From: a virus
Strand: one strand, 5' to 3'
IMG/VR virus record: IMGVR_UViG_3300031994_000101
Span: 1-64,000 of that record
DNA length: 64,000 bases
Under the pieces are notes generated by a model, which saw only the letters and a list, made by a program, of their open reading frames with translations, had not been told where the DNA came from and ran no database searches. Below are positions 8,264 to 17,875 of the stretch, piece after piece. The stretch's first letter is position 1; each line of letters opens with the position of its first letter. Position numbers and translations under genes: made by a program.

Positions 8264-8773
8264 CTATGTACTCGGGTGAATCTTCTCAGCAGCTTCCGAT
8301 CGGGAAACACCAGCGGAATGAAGCCCCTTTTCCGCAGCGATTTGCGAACGCAAGTCGTCTATCTGTTGCTGAAGGGTATAGATGAGTTTGTCCTTCGTGC
8401 TGATGCTGTCGTCCTTGGCGGTGAGTTCGCGCTTCAGCGAGGCGATGGTCTCGTCCTTGGCGGCGAGGAGGGTGGCAATGGGGTCGGCAATCTGCAGGGC
8501 GGGGGAAGGCAGCTCTGTACGAACCGGTGCTAAGTCGGCTACCAGCATAACGTCGCTCTCACCACGCATCCATTCCGGATTAAACACATTTCCAAAGGCA
8601 TTGTTCAGCTTTACCATTGTTTCATACTGCACCGACTTGTTTTTTCCAGTCTTAATCTTAGTAACGTTTGCCGCGTTGATGCCAGCCTTTCGGGCCACAT
8701 CAGTAGGGTTCTTCATTTCGGTATTGTCTACAAGCCAATACACCATTTTCATAAAGATCTCAGTTGTTTTCAT
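8264..8773 (-). CDS. HTH DNA-binding regulator, repressor-like, with C-terminal coiled coil
   Basis: PTDVARKAGINAANVTKIK helix-turn-helix-like segment; divergent from downstream plus-strand block. Confidence 0.55.
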   Translation of the reverse strand: MKTTEIFMKMVYWLVDNTEMKNPTDVARKAGINAANVTKIKTGKNKSVQYETMVKLNNAFGNVFNPEWMRGESDVMLVADLAPVRTELPSPALQIADPIATLLAAKDETIASLKRELTAKDDSISTKDKLIYTLQQQIDDLRSQIAAEKGLHSAGVSRSEAAEKIHPST

Positions 8774-9028
8774 ACTTAGCCTTATTATTAAATTACGTTA
8801 ATACTTTGCTACACAACGCACGGCTTTGCTAAATTTTCCCTACCTTTGTACCCCGAGTTAGTTAGTTAACTCTCCGACGGGGGTATAAGGAAAGCCTGCA
8901 GACGCGATGAAGCGCCTTTCAGAAGGAAGCCGTGCGCCGCCTTGCGAACTTAGAACACTTGCAAAGGTAAGGCTTTTCCCTCGTTTTCAAGTTATTCATG
9001 CCTACAAATTAAGAGATTTTAAAAACTT

Positions 9029-9220
9029 ATGCAGGAAACCGTGAGCAAAGAAGAGTTAAGAAGTATACGCGTCCGGCAGTCGCGTATCTTCATTTTGACT
9101 GACAAGAAGAAGATAAAGTCGGTCAAGGTCCAGGTACATGACATGAAACTGGAGAACAAGGAGTACGAGGTGCGCACGGATTCCGGCGCATCGGCTGTAT
9201 GTATCACACGGACTAAGTAG
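9029..9220 (+). CDS. hypothetical protein (63 aa)
   Basis: ORF, first gene of plus-strand block. Confidence 0.4.
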   Translation: MQETVSKEELRSIRVRQSRIFILTDKKKIKSVKVQVHDMKLENKEYEVRTDSGASAVCITRTK

Positions 9221-9231
9221 GAGATGACGGC

Positions 9232-9525
9232 ATGAAACAATACTTCAGGAATCTTCTTCAAATTCTGCAGGGCAAAAACCCGTATCAGGCTGAGCGCGAC
9301 GATCTGGAAGAGAAGTTGCGACTGGCTGGCGAGAATGTCCGTGGCTTGAACAACCTCTATTATAAAGCGTTGGAGAAATGGGAGAACGAAAGGAAAAAGG
9401 TTGCCTCGCTTCTGCAGCTCGTGGAGAACCTGAGGGAGCGCATCTCCGACAAGGACGCCATCATTGAGAAGCAGTGGCGCGAATACGATAAATTCTTCAT
9501 TGAAGAAAAAAGTAAGATGAAATGA
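9232..9525 (+). CDS. coiled-coil hypothetical protein (97 aa)
   Basis: ORF, charged heptad-like sequence. Confidence 0.45.
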   Translation: MKQYFRNLLQILQGKNPYQAERDDLEEKLRLAGENVRGLNNLYYKALEKWENERKKVASLLQLVENLRERISDKDAIIEKQWREYDKFFIEEKSKMK

Positions 9526-10454
9526 CACATGCATCAGTATTCAGCGGCATCGGTGGTCCGGAGGTGGCGGCAAGCATGCTCGGATGGGAGAACCTCTTCC
9601 ACTGCGAGATCAATCCCTTCGGTCGCGCTGTGCTCGACTACTGGTACCCAAACGCAGAATCGTATGAAGACATCACCAAGACAGACTTCTCCAAATGGGG
9701 GGGGCAAATTAACGTACTCACAGGAGGGTTCCCTTGTCAGCCTTTCAGTTTCGCCGGGCAGCGACGAGGAGCGGACGACGACCGCTATCTCTGGCCGTTC
9801 ATGCACAGGTGTATTAACCAAGTCAGACCCGATTGGGTTGTGTGTGAGAACGTTGCTGGAATCACGACGATGGTCGAACAAGGCGACGTTACTCCGCTGG
9901 CAGACGCAGCCGACCTATTCGGAGCGGATAACCGACTACGAAGATACCGACTCAGAGAGACCTTTACCCTTGAACGCATCTGCCGTGATATCGAGGCAGA
10001 CGGATATGCAGTCCAGCCGGTGCTTATACCGGCTTGTGCCGTTGGAGCCCCGCACCGGAGAGACCGCGTGTTCATCATCGGGCGAAGGACTGCTGCCGAC
10101 ACCTGTCGTGGTAGACAATCCACATCCGAACAGCAAGGTCAACGAGCAGGGCAGGCGGTACAACCACAAGGCAGAGTCCAGTCACTCGATGGGCTTGGCA
10201 GACTTGGCACTGCATCATCTCCTGCCGACGCCGAAAGAGCTGGCTGCGGGCGTTGGGAGCTATTCCCTACTCAGTCCCCTGTACACTCAGGAAATGATGG
10301 GCTTTCCATTGGGATGGACGGAGCATCCATTCCTTTCAACAAATGGCGGAAGGAGGCCCTCAAAGCCTACGGCAACGCCATCGTCCCGCAGGTGATGTAC
10401 GAGATATTCCGCGCCATCGTGCAGGTGGAGAACAAAATCCATAATATATCGTGA
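9522..10454 (+). pseudogene. DNA (cytosine-5)-methyltransferase with apparent +1/-1 double frameshift flanking the target-recognition domain
   Basis: Frame A: FSGIGG (I), GGFPCQPFSFAG (IV), VCENVAG (VI), QPVLIPACAVGAPHRRDRVFIIG (VIII), ..AYGNAIVPQV (X); frame B (9529-frame) carries LLPTP and EMMGFPLGW motifs between ~10085 and ~10325. Confidence 0.6.
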
Positions 10455-13400
10455 ACGAGAAGGACAGAGACATACTGAACCAGATATCACTTGTCGATGT
10501 TATGCGACAAAACGGATATGAGCCTTACCATCTGCCGAAGAAGGGTAAGGCGACGTACTATTGTCCGTTCCCCGACCACAACGACAGGACACCATCGTTC
10601 AAGGTTGATCAGGCCATCAGCGGCGGTGCCGACTCGCTTGGCTGGATATGCTACGGCAAATGCGGGCGACGGGGCTACGGGGCCATCTCGCTGCAGGCCG
10701 CGCTGATGGGCTACGACCACACGGCGCTGTCCAAGAAACAAATGGGGGAGGTGCTGCAGCGGCTCGTCGATGACCACGGCATAGAGATAAGCGGTGTGGC
10801 ACCGACCGCGCCGGAGCAGCACACAAAGGCCGTCGAGCCGCAGGAGTGCGAGTTTGATCTGGCACCGTGGACGGAGCAACACCTGCGGGCGCTGGGCTTC
10901 AAGGTGGAGCTGGCAAAGCGCAAGGCCGAACAGGAGGACGTGGAGAAAATAAAGCAGGGTGGGGGAGAGGCCGACGATACCGACCGCGCCGAGATACAGA
11001 TAGGCGACATGGTGACGGAGTTCGACCCTGACAGCGGCCTGCCGCTATACCGCTGTTCGCTCGACCGCAACTACTGGCGGGGCAGGGGAGAGACCAAGAC
11101 TGCTCAGGAGTGGGGCGCAGTGCTGGAGCGCGAGTTCAGCGTGTTCCCCGTGGCAACGTTCGTTACCGGACCGGTGGAGGTCAAGCAGGGCGGCAAGTGC
11201 TCGTTGGAGGTGCATGCCCGTCCGTCATACCCCATCTTCGCCTTCACCTACGACTGGGGCGTGAAGAAATATGAGCCGAGAGCCAGCGGCCGCACGAAGT
11301 GGTACTGGGACAAGAAGGAGGGCGTGGCGACGAAGGTGTATGGCGACCGAGTGGCGGTGGCGGCCCTTAAAAGTGAAGAGTTAAGGGTGAAGAGTGAAGA
11401 ATATGCCACCGCACAGGAACGCCCATGGTATGCCGACTGGAAGCGGGAACGCAGACACCCGATAGTGGAACTGACGAGGGAGGTGAAAGGAGAGAAGAAT
11501 ACCTGCTACAAGATGAAGCGACTGGTGCTGTGCTCCGGTCCGCGCGACGCGATGCAGATGTGGGCTGCCACCGATGCCCATGTTCTGTGGCTCAACTCCG
11601 AGACATCGGGCATACATGACGGCGTGGTGGAGGAATGGCTGCAGGCGCTGCTCTGCCGCATGCAGGCGGTGGCCTGTAATATATATGTATGCTACGATGC
11701 CGACGCGACGGGCATCGGCAGTAGCAGCAGCATCGCACTGGAGAACGCCAACGTGCATTGGGTGCGGCTGCCACGCGAGATGGACCAGGTGGTCGTCAGC
11801 AAGACAGACGGCCGCATGAAAACGGCGAAGGACGTCACCGACTTCGTGACGCATTTCCCGCAGATACAGAAGCTGCTGGCCCCCGACCTGCGCAAGGCCA
11901 ACCCCAGTGCCGCGCTGATGCGCTTGCTCGACAATGCCCTGACGATGCAGTTCTGGATAGACAAAGCCACGACCAAGAAGAACCGCGACGGCGAGAGCCG
12001 CGAGACCAACGTGCGCTACGTCCTGAGCGTGGCCAACCTCCTGCAGTTCTTGGAGGCGAAGGGCATCCGCTGCTATGCCGGCAGCCAGGGGCAGCGGGTC
12101 TTCTATCAGCTGACGCACAAGAACACCTACCGTCTGCTTGACAACGGGCGCACGGGAAACCAGTTAGAGAGCGTCAGCCGCACGGCGATGCTCGACTGGC
12201 TCGATGCGCACATCAGCGAAGCCGACGCGCCCTATAAGGCCAACCTCGTGAACGCCGTCTTCACCGGCAAGGGACTTGACGGACGCACACTGAGCACCAT
12301 GCCGTCGCTGCCCGTCAACGACCACAGCTACGGCGAGGACTTCGACTACTTCTTCTTCGAGAACACCGCCGTGCTCGTCACCATGGAGAAGATTACCGCC
12401 GTTGACTATGCCTCGATGCCCTACCTGACCAACGAGGAGCTTATCATGCCGGGTGACTTCACGGTCATCCCGCAGCCGTGGCGCATCATCATCAACCCGA
12501 GATACGAGGCCGAGAAGAAACGCCACGAGGACATCAGCCGTCAATGCACCACGCCCGCCATGCGTGCGGCTGAGAACACGCGCTGGAAGGAATGGGAGAA
12601 GCTCTGGAAATACCGTCTCATTATGGATAAGCCCCTCGAACAGATGCCCATGCACTTCCGCTTCCTCTACAACCAGGGTCGCATCTTCTGGGAGAAGGAG
12701 AGTTTTGGTGAGACGCTGACAGCAACCGAGCGACAGATGCAGGACATGCACCTCATAAATAAGGTCCACGCCTTCGGCTATGTCCTGACGCGCCACCGCA
12801 GCCGCGCCGTGCAACGGGCCGTTCATATCACTGACTATAGCGTGACAGACGAGAACAAGGCCAGCGGACGTAACGGCAAGAGCGCCGATATCGATCTGCT
12901 GGCCACCGTGCGCCCCTCGTCGGCCAACATCGCGGGCAAGAGCATGAAGAACATCACCATCGAGGTGATGATGGGCAACGTCGTGCCAGGAGTCCACTCG
13001 CTCGTCTGCATCGACGAGCTGCCAGACAACTTCAAGTTCGAGGATATGTTCAACACCGGCACCACCATCGTCATCAAGACCCTCTACAAACAGCCAGTCA
13101 CCCTGCGCGGCGAGGACGTTCCCAAGATATTCATCGCCAGCAACAAGCCCTTCGACCGCTCCGGCGGCTCAGTGAAAGGGCGCATCTACCCCTGCTTCAC
13201 CAGCGACTACTACCACGCCTCCACCGATGACGGACGCTGGCTCGACTTCACTCCGACCGACGAGTTCCAGGAGCAGTACGGTGTGCAGGAGGTGGCCAAC
13301 GGCCTGCCGCCCGACCTGCTCAACGAGGCACAGAACCTCATGGTGGCCTGTGCGCAATTCTATCTGCAGCACCCCGGTGAGGTCATCCTTCCGCCGACCG

Positions 13401-13951
13401 AGACACGCAGCCTGCGCCGCGAGCTCTACGCCATGACCAAGGACGGCGCACTGACCGACTGGCTGGTGCAGTACTTTGAGGACATCCCCAACAATCCTCA
13501 CATCGGTCAGCCCATCCCGCCGCAAGAGATGGCCATCAGCCTGCTCGACAGCGAGGGCGAGGGCGTGAACTATGAAACGATCGAGAAGGCAAAGAAACGC
13601 ATCGCCAAGAGTCTGAAGCCCTGCCTGAACCGCATGGGCATCGTGATGGATCCAGACGTGGTCCTAAACACCCCCTCATACCGCCGCAACGGCGGTCGTC
13701 GTAGCCGGGCATGGCTGACTGTGCTCGACCAGCAGGGTAAACCTGTGGGTAAGAAGGTGAAGAACCTTTACCGACATGAGATTTTGACCGGTGAGCGCCT
13801 GCCGCGCGAACTGTCGGCACAGCCCGTATTCGTACATTACTTCTACCGCAATCGACCCGGCTGCATTCCCATCAAGCCTTATACTTCAGGCAAAGAATAT
13901 GAGAAAGGATATGTACAGGCTGCGAGCGAGAAAGATCCAGAAACTGAATAG
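10451..13951 (+). CDS. DNA primase/helicase (CHC2 zinc finger primase fused to D5/P4-type SF3 helicase)
   Basis: YYCPFPDHNDRTPSFKV..GWICYGKCGRRG zinc-finger; Walker-A-like KASGRNGKS; 1166 aa. Confidence 0.8.
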   Translation: MNEKDRDILNQISLVDVMRQNGYEPYHLPKKGKATYYCPFPDHNDRTPSFKVDQAISGGADSLGWICYGKCGRRGYGAISLQAALMGYDHTALSKKQMGEVLQRLVDDHGIEISGVAPTAPEQHTKAVEPQECEFDLAPWTEQHLRALGFKVELAKRKAEQEDVEKIKQGGGEADDTDRAEIQIGDMVTEFDPDSGLPLYRCSLDRNYWRGRGETKTAQEWGAVLEREFSVFPVATFVTGPVEVKQGGKCSLEVHARPSYPIFAFTYDWGVKKYEPRASGRTKWYWDKKEGVATKVYGDRVAVAALKSEELRVKSEEYATAQERPWYADWKRERRHPIVELTREVKGEKNTCYKMKRLVLCSGPRDAMQMWAATDAHVLWLNSETSGIHDGVVEEWLQALLCRMQAVACNIYVCYDADATGIGSSSSIALENANVHWVRLPREMDQVVVSKTDGRMKTAKDVTDFVTHFPQIQKLLAPDLRKANPSAALMRLLDNALTMQFWIDKATTKKNRDGESRETNVRYVLSVANLLQFLEAKGIRCYAGSQGQRVFYQLTHKNTYRLLDNGRTGNQLESVSRTAMLDWLDAHISEADAPYKANLVNAVFTGKGLDGRTLSTMPSLPVNDHSYGEDFDYFFFENTAVLVTMEKITAVDYASMPYLTNEELIMPGDFTVIPQPWRIIINPRYEAEKKRHEDISRQCTTPAMRAAENTRWKEWEKLWKYRLIMDKPLEQMPMHFRFLYNQGRIFWEKESFGETLTATERQMQDMHLINKVHAFGYVLTRHRSRAVQRAVHITDYSVTDENKASGRNGKSADIDLLATVRPSSANIAGKSMKNITIEVMMGNVVPGVHSLVCIDELPDNFKFEDMFNTGTTIVIKTLYKQPVTLRGEDVPKIFIASNKPFDRSGGSVKGRIYPCFTSDYYHASTDDGRWLDFTPTDEFQEQYGVQEVANGLPPDLLNEAQNLMVACAQFYLQHPGEVILPPTETRSLRRELYAMTKDGALTDWLVQYFEDIPNNPHIGQPIPPQEMAISLLDSEGEGVNYETIEKAKKRIAKSLKPCLNRMGIVMDPDVVLNTPSYRRNGGRRSRAWLTVLDQQGKPVGKKVKNLYRHEILTGERLPRELSAQPVFVHYFYRNRPGCIPIKPYTSGKEYEKGYVQAASEKDPETE

Positions 13952-13969
13952 TTTAAACATACAATTAAC

Positions 13970-14428
13970 ATGAGACCATCATTGAAAGCGACAATCATCC
14001 GTCACTCATGTCGCACAGGCCGTGCGGTGTGGATATACAGCGGACCGTCAAAAGAGGCAGCTAAAACCGCTTACTACCGGACAGTGAAACGCGAGCGTGA
14101 GCGTCAGCTGCGGTGGGCGGCTATACAGCGGCGGCGGGTTGAGAACATCAAACTTCTGCTTCAGGATTGTGTTGCAGCCCTGCCCATCCTTAGTGACATG
14201 ACCGGGGATCAGTGCGAAGCCATCCGCATACTGCATGAGTTGGCCGATAACCAACAGGAGTTCAGCAGCCCGTTCTTGGAGCACGACTATGAGCGACGTC
14301 ATCAGAACTATTTGGAAAAGCGGCGGCGGAAATACTGGAGAGACGCTGATTTCCGCCAGCACGAGCGGGAAAGAAGGCGTAAAAAAACTAAAACTGAAAT
14401 GCAAGATAATAGTAATTATGATAAATAA
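13970..14428 (+). CDS. basic Arg/Lys-rich hypothetical protein (152 aa)
   Basis: ORF. Confidence 0.45.
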   Translation: MRPSLKATIIRHSCRTGRAVWIYSGPSKEAAKTAYYRTVKRERERQLRWAAIQRRRVENIKLLLQDCVAALPILSDMTGDQCEAIRILHELADNQQEFSSPFLEHDYERRHQNYLEKRRRKYWRDADFRQHERERRRKKTKTEMQDNSNYDK

Positions 14429-14449
14429 AAAACCAGGACACAACGAGAT

Positions 14450-14671
14450 ATGAGCAAAAAAGACTGCATTAAAAGTGAAGGTCAGGTAACCGAGTCACTT
14501 GGCTATGATAATTACCATGTTCATCTCGACAATGGCGTCACCATCCTCGCCACACTCTCTGGCAGGATGCGTCAGAACCATATCCGCATCGTGGCGGGCG
14601 ACCGCGTGGAGGTGGAGCTCTCGCCCTACGACCTCACACGTGGACGAATCTCATTCAGATACAATAGATAA
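14450..14671 (+). CDS. infA: translation initiation factor IF-1 homologue (S1-like OB fold)
   Basis: 73 aa, collinear similarity to bacterial IF-1: ..EGQVTESLGYDNYHVHLDNG..LSGRMRQNHIRIVAGDRVEVELSPYDLTRGRISFR. Confidence 0.85.
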   Translation: MSKKDCIKSEGQVTESLGYDNYHVHLDNGVTILATLSGRMRQNHIRIVAGDRVEVELSPYDLTRGRISFRYNR

Positions 14672-14704
14672 TGATTATTAACCTAAACAACCGACTGAAG
14701 TATT

Positions 14705-14863
14705 ATGACAACAGCAAGAGTACATGGAGGCAATACCCTCGAACAACAAGTCATCCGGCTGCAGAGAGAAGGATGGCACGTAGCGAACATCGCCAGCATC
14801 GCCAAGGTGAATGCCGACACAGTGAGAGAAATCCTGAAGCGTAGAAATATTATTTCAATGTAA
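14705..14863 (+). CDS. small HTH protein (52 aa, sigma-r4/LuxR-like helix-turn-helix)
   Basis: ATG 14705, stop 14861-63; LQREGWHVANIASIAKVNADTVREIL; below ORF-track size cutoff. Confidence 0.35.
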   Translation: MTTARVHGGNTLEQQVIRLQREGWHVANIASIAKVNADTVREILKRRNIISM

Positions 14864-14867
14864 GACA

Positions 14868-15590
14868 ATGAAGCACTTAGATTTTACCATCGACTTTGAG
14901 ACCTGCGCCCTGACAGCCAACGCCGCACCGATGCAGGTGGCCATCGTGCCCTGGCGACGCGAGGCAGAGAGCGACCCGTTTGTGCTCGACGAAACCGGTG
15001 AGACCACCGAGGAACAGGCCTGTGCATGGCCAGAGCCATACGTGACATACATTGACCTCCGCTCTTGTGTGGTCGAAGGAATGGACTTCGACCCCGTCAC
15101 CATCGACTGGTGGAGCCGCCAGAGCGACGAGGCGAAGCACACCGTCTGCCAAGGACTGGCCGAGCCTATCGCCGACATCACCATAGGCGCTCTCAATTAT
15201 CTGCGCGACATTATCAAGCAGTTCCAGCTCGACAGCGTCTGTCTCTGGGCGCACGGCATGGACGTGGACTGTGCCATCCTCCGCTCGCTCTGTCGCCGCT
15301 TCGGCATCGACCTGGAGGGCATCGTGCCTCACACCTCCTTCCGCGACTGCCGCACCGTCATCCTCGAGGCAGCACTGATAGAGGCCGAGCGCAGCATGGC
15401 CGGCAAGAGCACGCGGGCCAACGGCATCGCCCTACCCCGCCAGGTACATGTCGACCCGACGCTGGCCTACAAGATCTTCGACCCCCTGCCCTCCCACTAC
15501 GCTGAGGACCGCGAGACCCATGACGCCCTCTACGACGCCCTCCGCTCTATCTGGTACACCTGGCAAGCACTTAAAACCCTACGATCATGA
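14868..15590 (+). CDS. DnaQ-like 3'-5' exonuclease (DEDDh)
   Basis: Exo I FTIDFETC, Exo II WAHGMDVDCAIL, Exo III HDALYDAL. Confidence 0.7.
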   Translation: MKHLDFTIDFETCALTANAAPMQVAIVPWRREAESDPFVLDETGETTEEQACAWPEPYVTYIDLRSCVVEGMDFDPVTIDWWSRQSDEAKHTVCQGLAEPIADITIGALNYLRDIIKQFQLDSVCLWAHGMDVDCAILRSLCRRFGIDLEGIVPHTSFRDCRTVILEAALIEAERSMAGKSTRANGIALPRQVHVDPTLAYKIFDPLPSHYAEDRETHDALYDALRSIWYTWQALKTLRS

Positions 15591-15680
15591 ACGAAGAAGA
15601 AGAACTGAGAACCCACGACACCGAGAACTCGACCACCGAGGCCGACAGCTCCATCTGGTATTCATAAAAAACGGACAGCT

Positions 15681-16067
15681 ATGGAAACAACACTGATTAT
15701 TTTCCGCATCATGGCAAGCATTGTCAATGGGTTGCTGATAGCACTGGCAATAACCGTTTACTTTTACATGCACCGACATCAGCAGAAGATGAAGGACATC
15801 ACGAATATGTTGGTGAGGCTGTTTGTCATCACGATGGGTGAACACCTGCGCCACAATTTCGATCAGCTGAAAGAAATGAAAGAGGTCCTGCAAGAACTTA
15901 TAGCCGCCGAACGCTATGAGGACGCCAAGCGTCTGAAAGCCGTCATCGACGATCATGCGCAACAAACCTTGGAGGAGCTACGCCGTTTCAAGGAGGAGTT
16001 CGGTGACAAAGTGATAAAGATGGATTTGACGAAGATATGCGAGCCGACAAACGAAGAGGAGGACTGA
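15681..16067 (+). CDS. membrane-anchored hypothetical protein (128 aa)
   Basis: ORF, N-terminal hydrophobic helix; downstream gene preceded by GGAGGACTGA. Confidence 0.5.
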   Translation: METTLIIFRIMASIVNGLLIALAITVYFYMHRHQQKMKDITNMLVRLFVITMGEHLRHNFDQLKEMKEVLQELIAAERYEDAKRLKAVIDDHAQQTLEELRRFKEEFGDKVIKMDLTKICEPTNEEED

Positions 16068-16070
16068 GGC

Positions 16071-16292
16071 ATGACCAAAGAACAGCAGATAGCTCACTGG
16101 GTTCCGTTCGTTGACATCGTACTGACCGCCGAGAACAACATATCAGACATGGAGAGGCATGCGCTCATTGCCGCTCGTGGCACGGGCGAAAGCATGGAGC
16201 GGCGAGCCATCGAGCGATATATCCGCGCCGTCGCCACTGAAATCGTGGAGCGCGGCGGCATGGCGTTCGAGGGCGGAGAACTGAGAGATTGA
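16071..16292 (+). CDS. hypothetical protein (73 aa)
   Basis: ORF preceded by GAGGAGGACTGAGGC-ATG. Confidence 0.5.
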   Translation: MTKEQQIAHWVPFVDIVLTAENNISDMERHALIAARGTGESMERRAIERYIRAVATEIVERGGMAFEGGELRD

Positions 16293-16756
16293 ACCGTATA
16301 ATGAATTTTAAAAACCTAACGACAATGCGAGTACACAGATTTATGAGCGACGCGGAATACGAGGTGCTGGTGGCTGGCGGACGGCTGATGAATGCCACCG
16401 ACCATGCCAAGGATCGCGGTCAGCTGACCGACAGCATCGGCTTCTGCTTCTTCACCGAGGATCCCGACAAGGCGATACACTGGCTCTCAGGCTGCTGCTA
16501 TCCCGACCACTGCGTGACGCTTGACATCCCTGACCACATGCTCCGCCCCAGCACCGCCACCTACCGCGACCCTGAGCGCGACGACCTGACGCGAGGCCCC
16601 ATCATGGGCGGACACCGCCCCACGATGCAGAAGCGCGAGTACTGTCTGACGAGTTACGCACTCAGCGACGGCGTGACCATCATCGCCGACACCGAAAAAT
16701 ACCGCGAATACGCCGACCTGCGCCGGGCGATGCAGGCCATCGGACTAATAAACTGA
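16289..16756 (+). CDS. hypothetical protein (155 aa)
   Basis: ORF, start overlaps upstream stop. Confidence 0.5.
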   Translation: MNRIMNFKNLTTMRVHRFMSDAEYEVLVAGGRLMNATDHAKDRGQLTDSIGFCFFTEDPDKAIHWLSGCCYPDHCVTLDIPDHMLRPSTATYRDPERDDLTRGPIMGGHRPTMQKREYCLTSYALSDGVTIIADTEKYREYADLRRAMQAIGLIN

Positions 16757-16762
16757 ACGACT

Positions 16763-16990
16763 ATGGCAGCAACAATTACCCCCCCCAAGAGCCGTTTCCT
16801 CGGCAACGGCCTTTCTCGCACGGCGATGCTTTTCAAGATTGCCACGCTGGCGGGCCATCGTCTGACCATCCCGGAGATGAACCGCTTCAAGGACGTCAAC
16901 CCCCGACAGCTGGAGCACGTATATGAAGAGGTAGTACGCATGGGCGACCCCGGCAATGCCCTCTTCGCCCTCAGACTGTTATTAAAATAA
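16763..16990 (+). CDS. hypothetical protein (75 aa)
   Basis: ORF. Confidence 0.4.
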   Translation: MAATITPPKSRFLGNGLSRTAMLFKIATLAGHRLTIPEMNRFKDVNPRQLEHVYEEVVRMGDPGNALFALRLLLK

Positions 16991-17019
16991 TTATTCACCA
17001 ATTTAAAACAAAAACGATT

Positions 17020-17871
17020 ATGGATCAGAAAACAATCAAGCGGCTCAGCGCCGTGGCAGCCTCGGTGCTGCTCGTGTTAATCATCTTCTTCGCCTGCTGC
17101 ACGGTAGTCGACTCAGGCGAAGTGGGCATCAAGTTCCACAAGTGGTCGGCCTCTGAACAGGACTACGGCGGCGTCGAAGGGACGTGCAAGGGCTGGGTGT
17201 TCTATAACCCTATCACCACCTCGGTGTTCACCTACCCCACGTTCACGCAGCGCAAGCAGTATGAGACCATCAAGGTGAACGCCAAGGATGCTTCTATCTT
17301 TGAGATGGACCCCACCATCGCCTACCACATCAACCCGGCCAAGGCGTGCGACATCTTCGTGAAGTACCGCGTCGATGTGAAGTCGCTGGAAGACGGGTAC
17401 ATCCGCACCTGCATATACGAGGCCTACCGCACCTGCGCTAACCAGTACACGTCGGACTCGCTGATGTCGAACCGTGCCAACTTCGAGCGCGACGTGCGCT
17501 CACGACTGGAGAAGTCGATGATGGCAGAGGGCTTCCTCGTCGAGGAGTTCACGTCGAAGATTACCCCACCCGCCTCGCTGACGAGTATGATAGACGCTAA
17601 GAACGCTGCCATCCAATCTGCCCTGAAGGCAGAGAACCAGGTGAAGGAAGCCGAAGCCAACGCAAAGATCGACGTGGCTAAGGCCGAGGGTGCCGCTCGT
17701 GCCATGCGCATCAAGGCCGATGCCGAGGCATACTACAACAAGACCATCGCCGCCTCTTTGAGCCCGATGATTATTCAGGAGGATATGATAGAGAAATGGG
17801 ATGGCAAGATGCCGCAGATTGTAGGCGGCAACGGCATGATGCTCGACATAAGTAAGGTAATGGGGAAGTAA
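17020..17871 (+). CDS. SPFH/band-7 (prohibitin/HflC-like) membrane protein
   Basis: N-terminal TM helix then ..VVDSGEVGIKFHKW.. and Ala/Glu/Lys-rich coiled-coil C-terminus typical of SPFH family. Confidence 0.6.
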   Translation: MDQKTIKRLSAVAASVLLVLIIFFACCTVVDSGEVGIKFHKWSASEQDYGGVEGTCKGWVFYNPITTSVFTYPTFTQRKQYETIKVNAKDASIFEMDPTIAYHINPAKACDIFVKYRVDVKSLEDGYIRTCIYEAYRTCANQYTSDSLMSNRANFERDVRSRLEKSMMAEGFLVEEFTSKITPPASLTSMIDAKNAAIQSALKAENQVKEAEANAKIDVAKAEGAARAMRIKADAEAYYNKTIAASLSPMIIQEDMIEKWDGKMPQIVGGNGMMLDISKVMGK

Positions 17872-17875
17872 GGCT

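Noticed and set aside
11381-12997. Minus-strand ORFs 11381..12118 and 12164..12997 inside the primase/helicase gene
   Set aside because: They lie antisense to a 1166-aa ORF with clear primase zinc-finger and Walker-A motifs, a typical antisense artefact of high-GC DNA.
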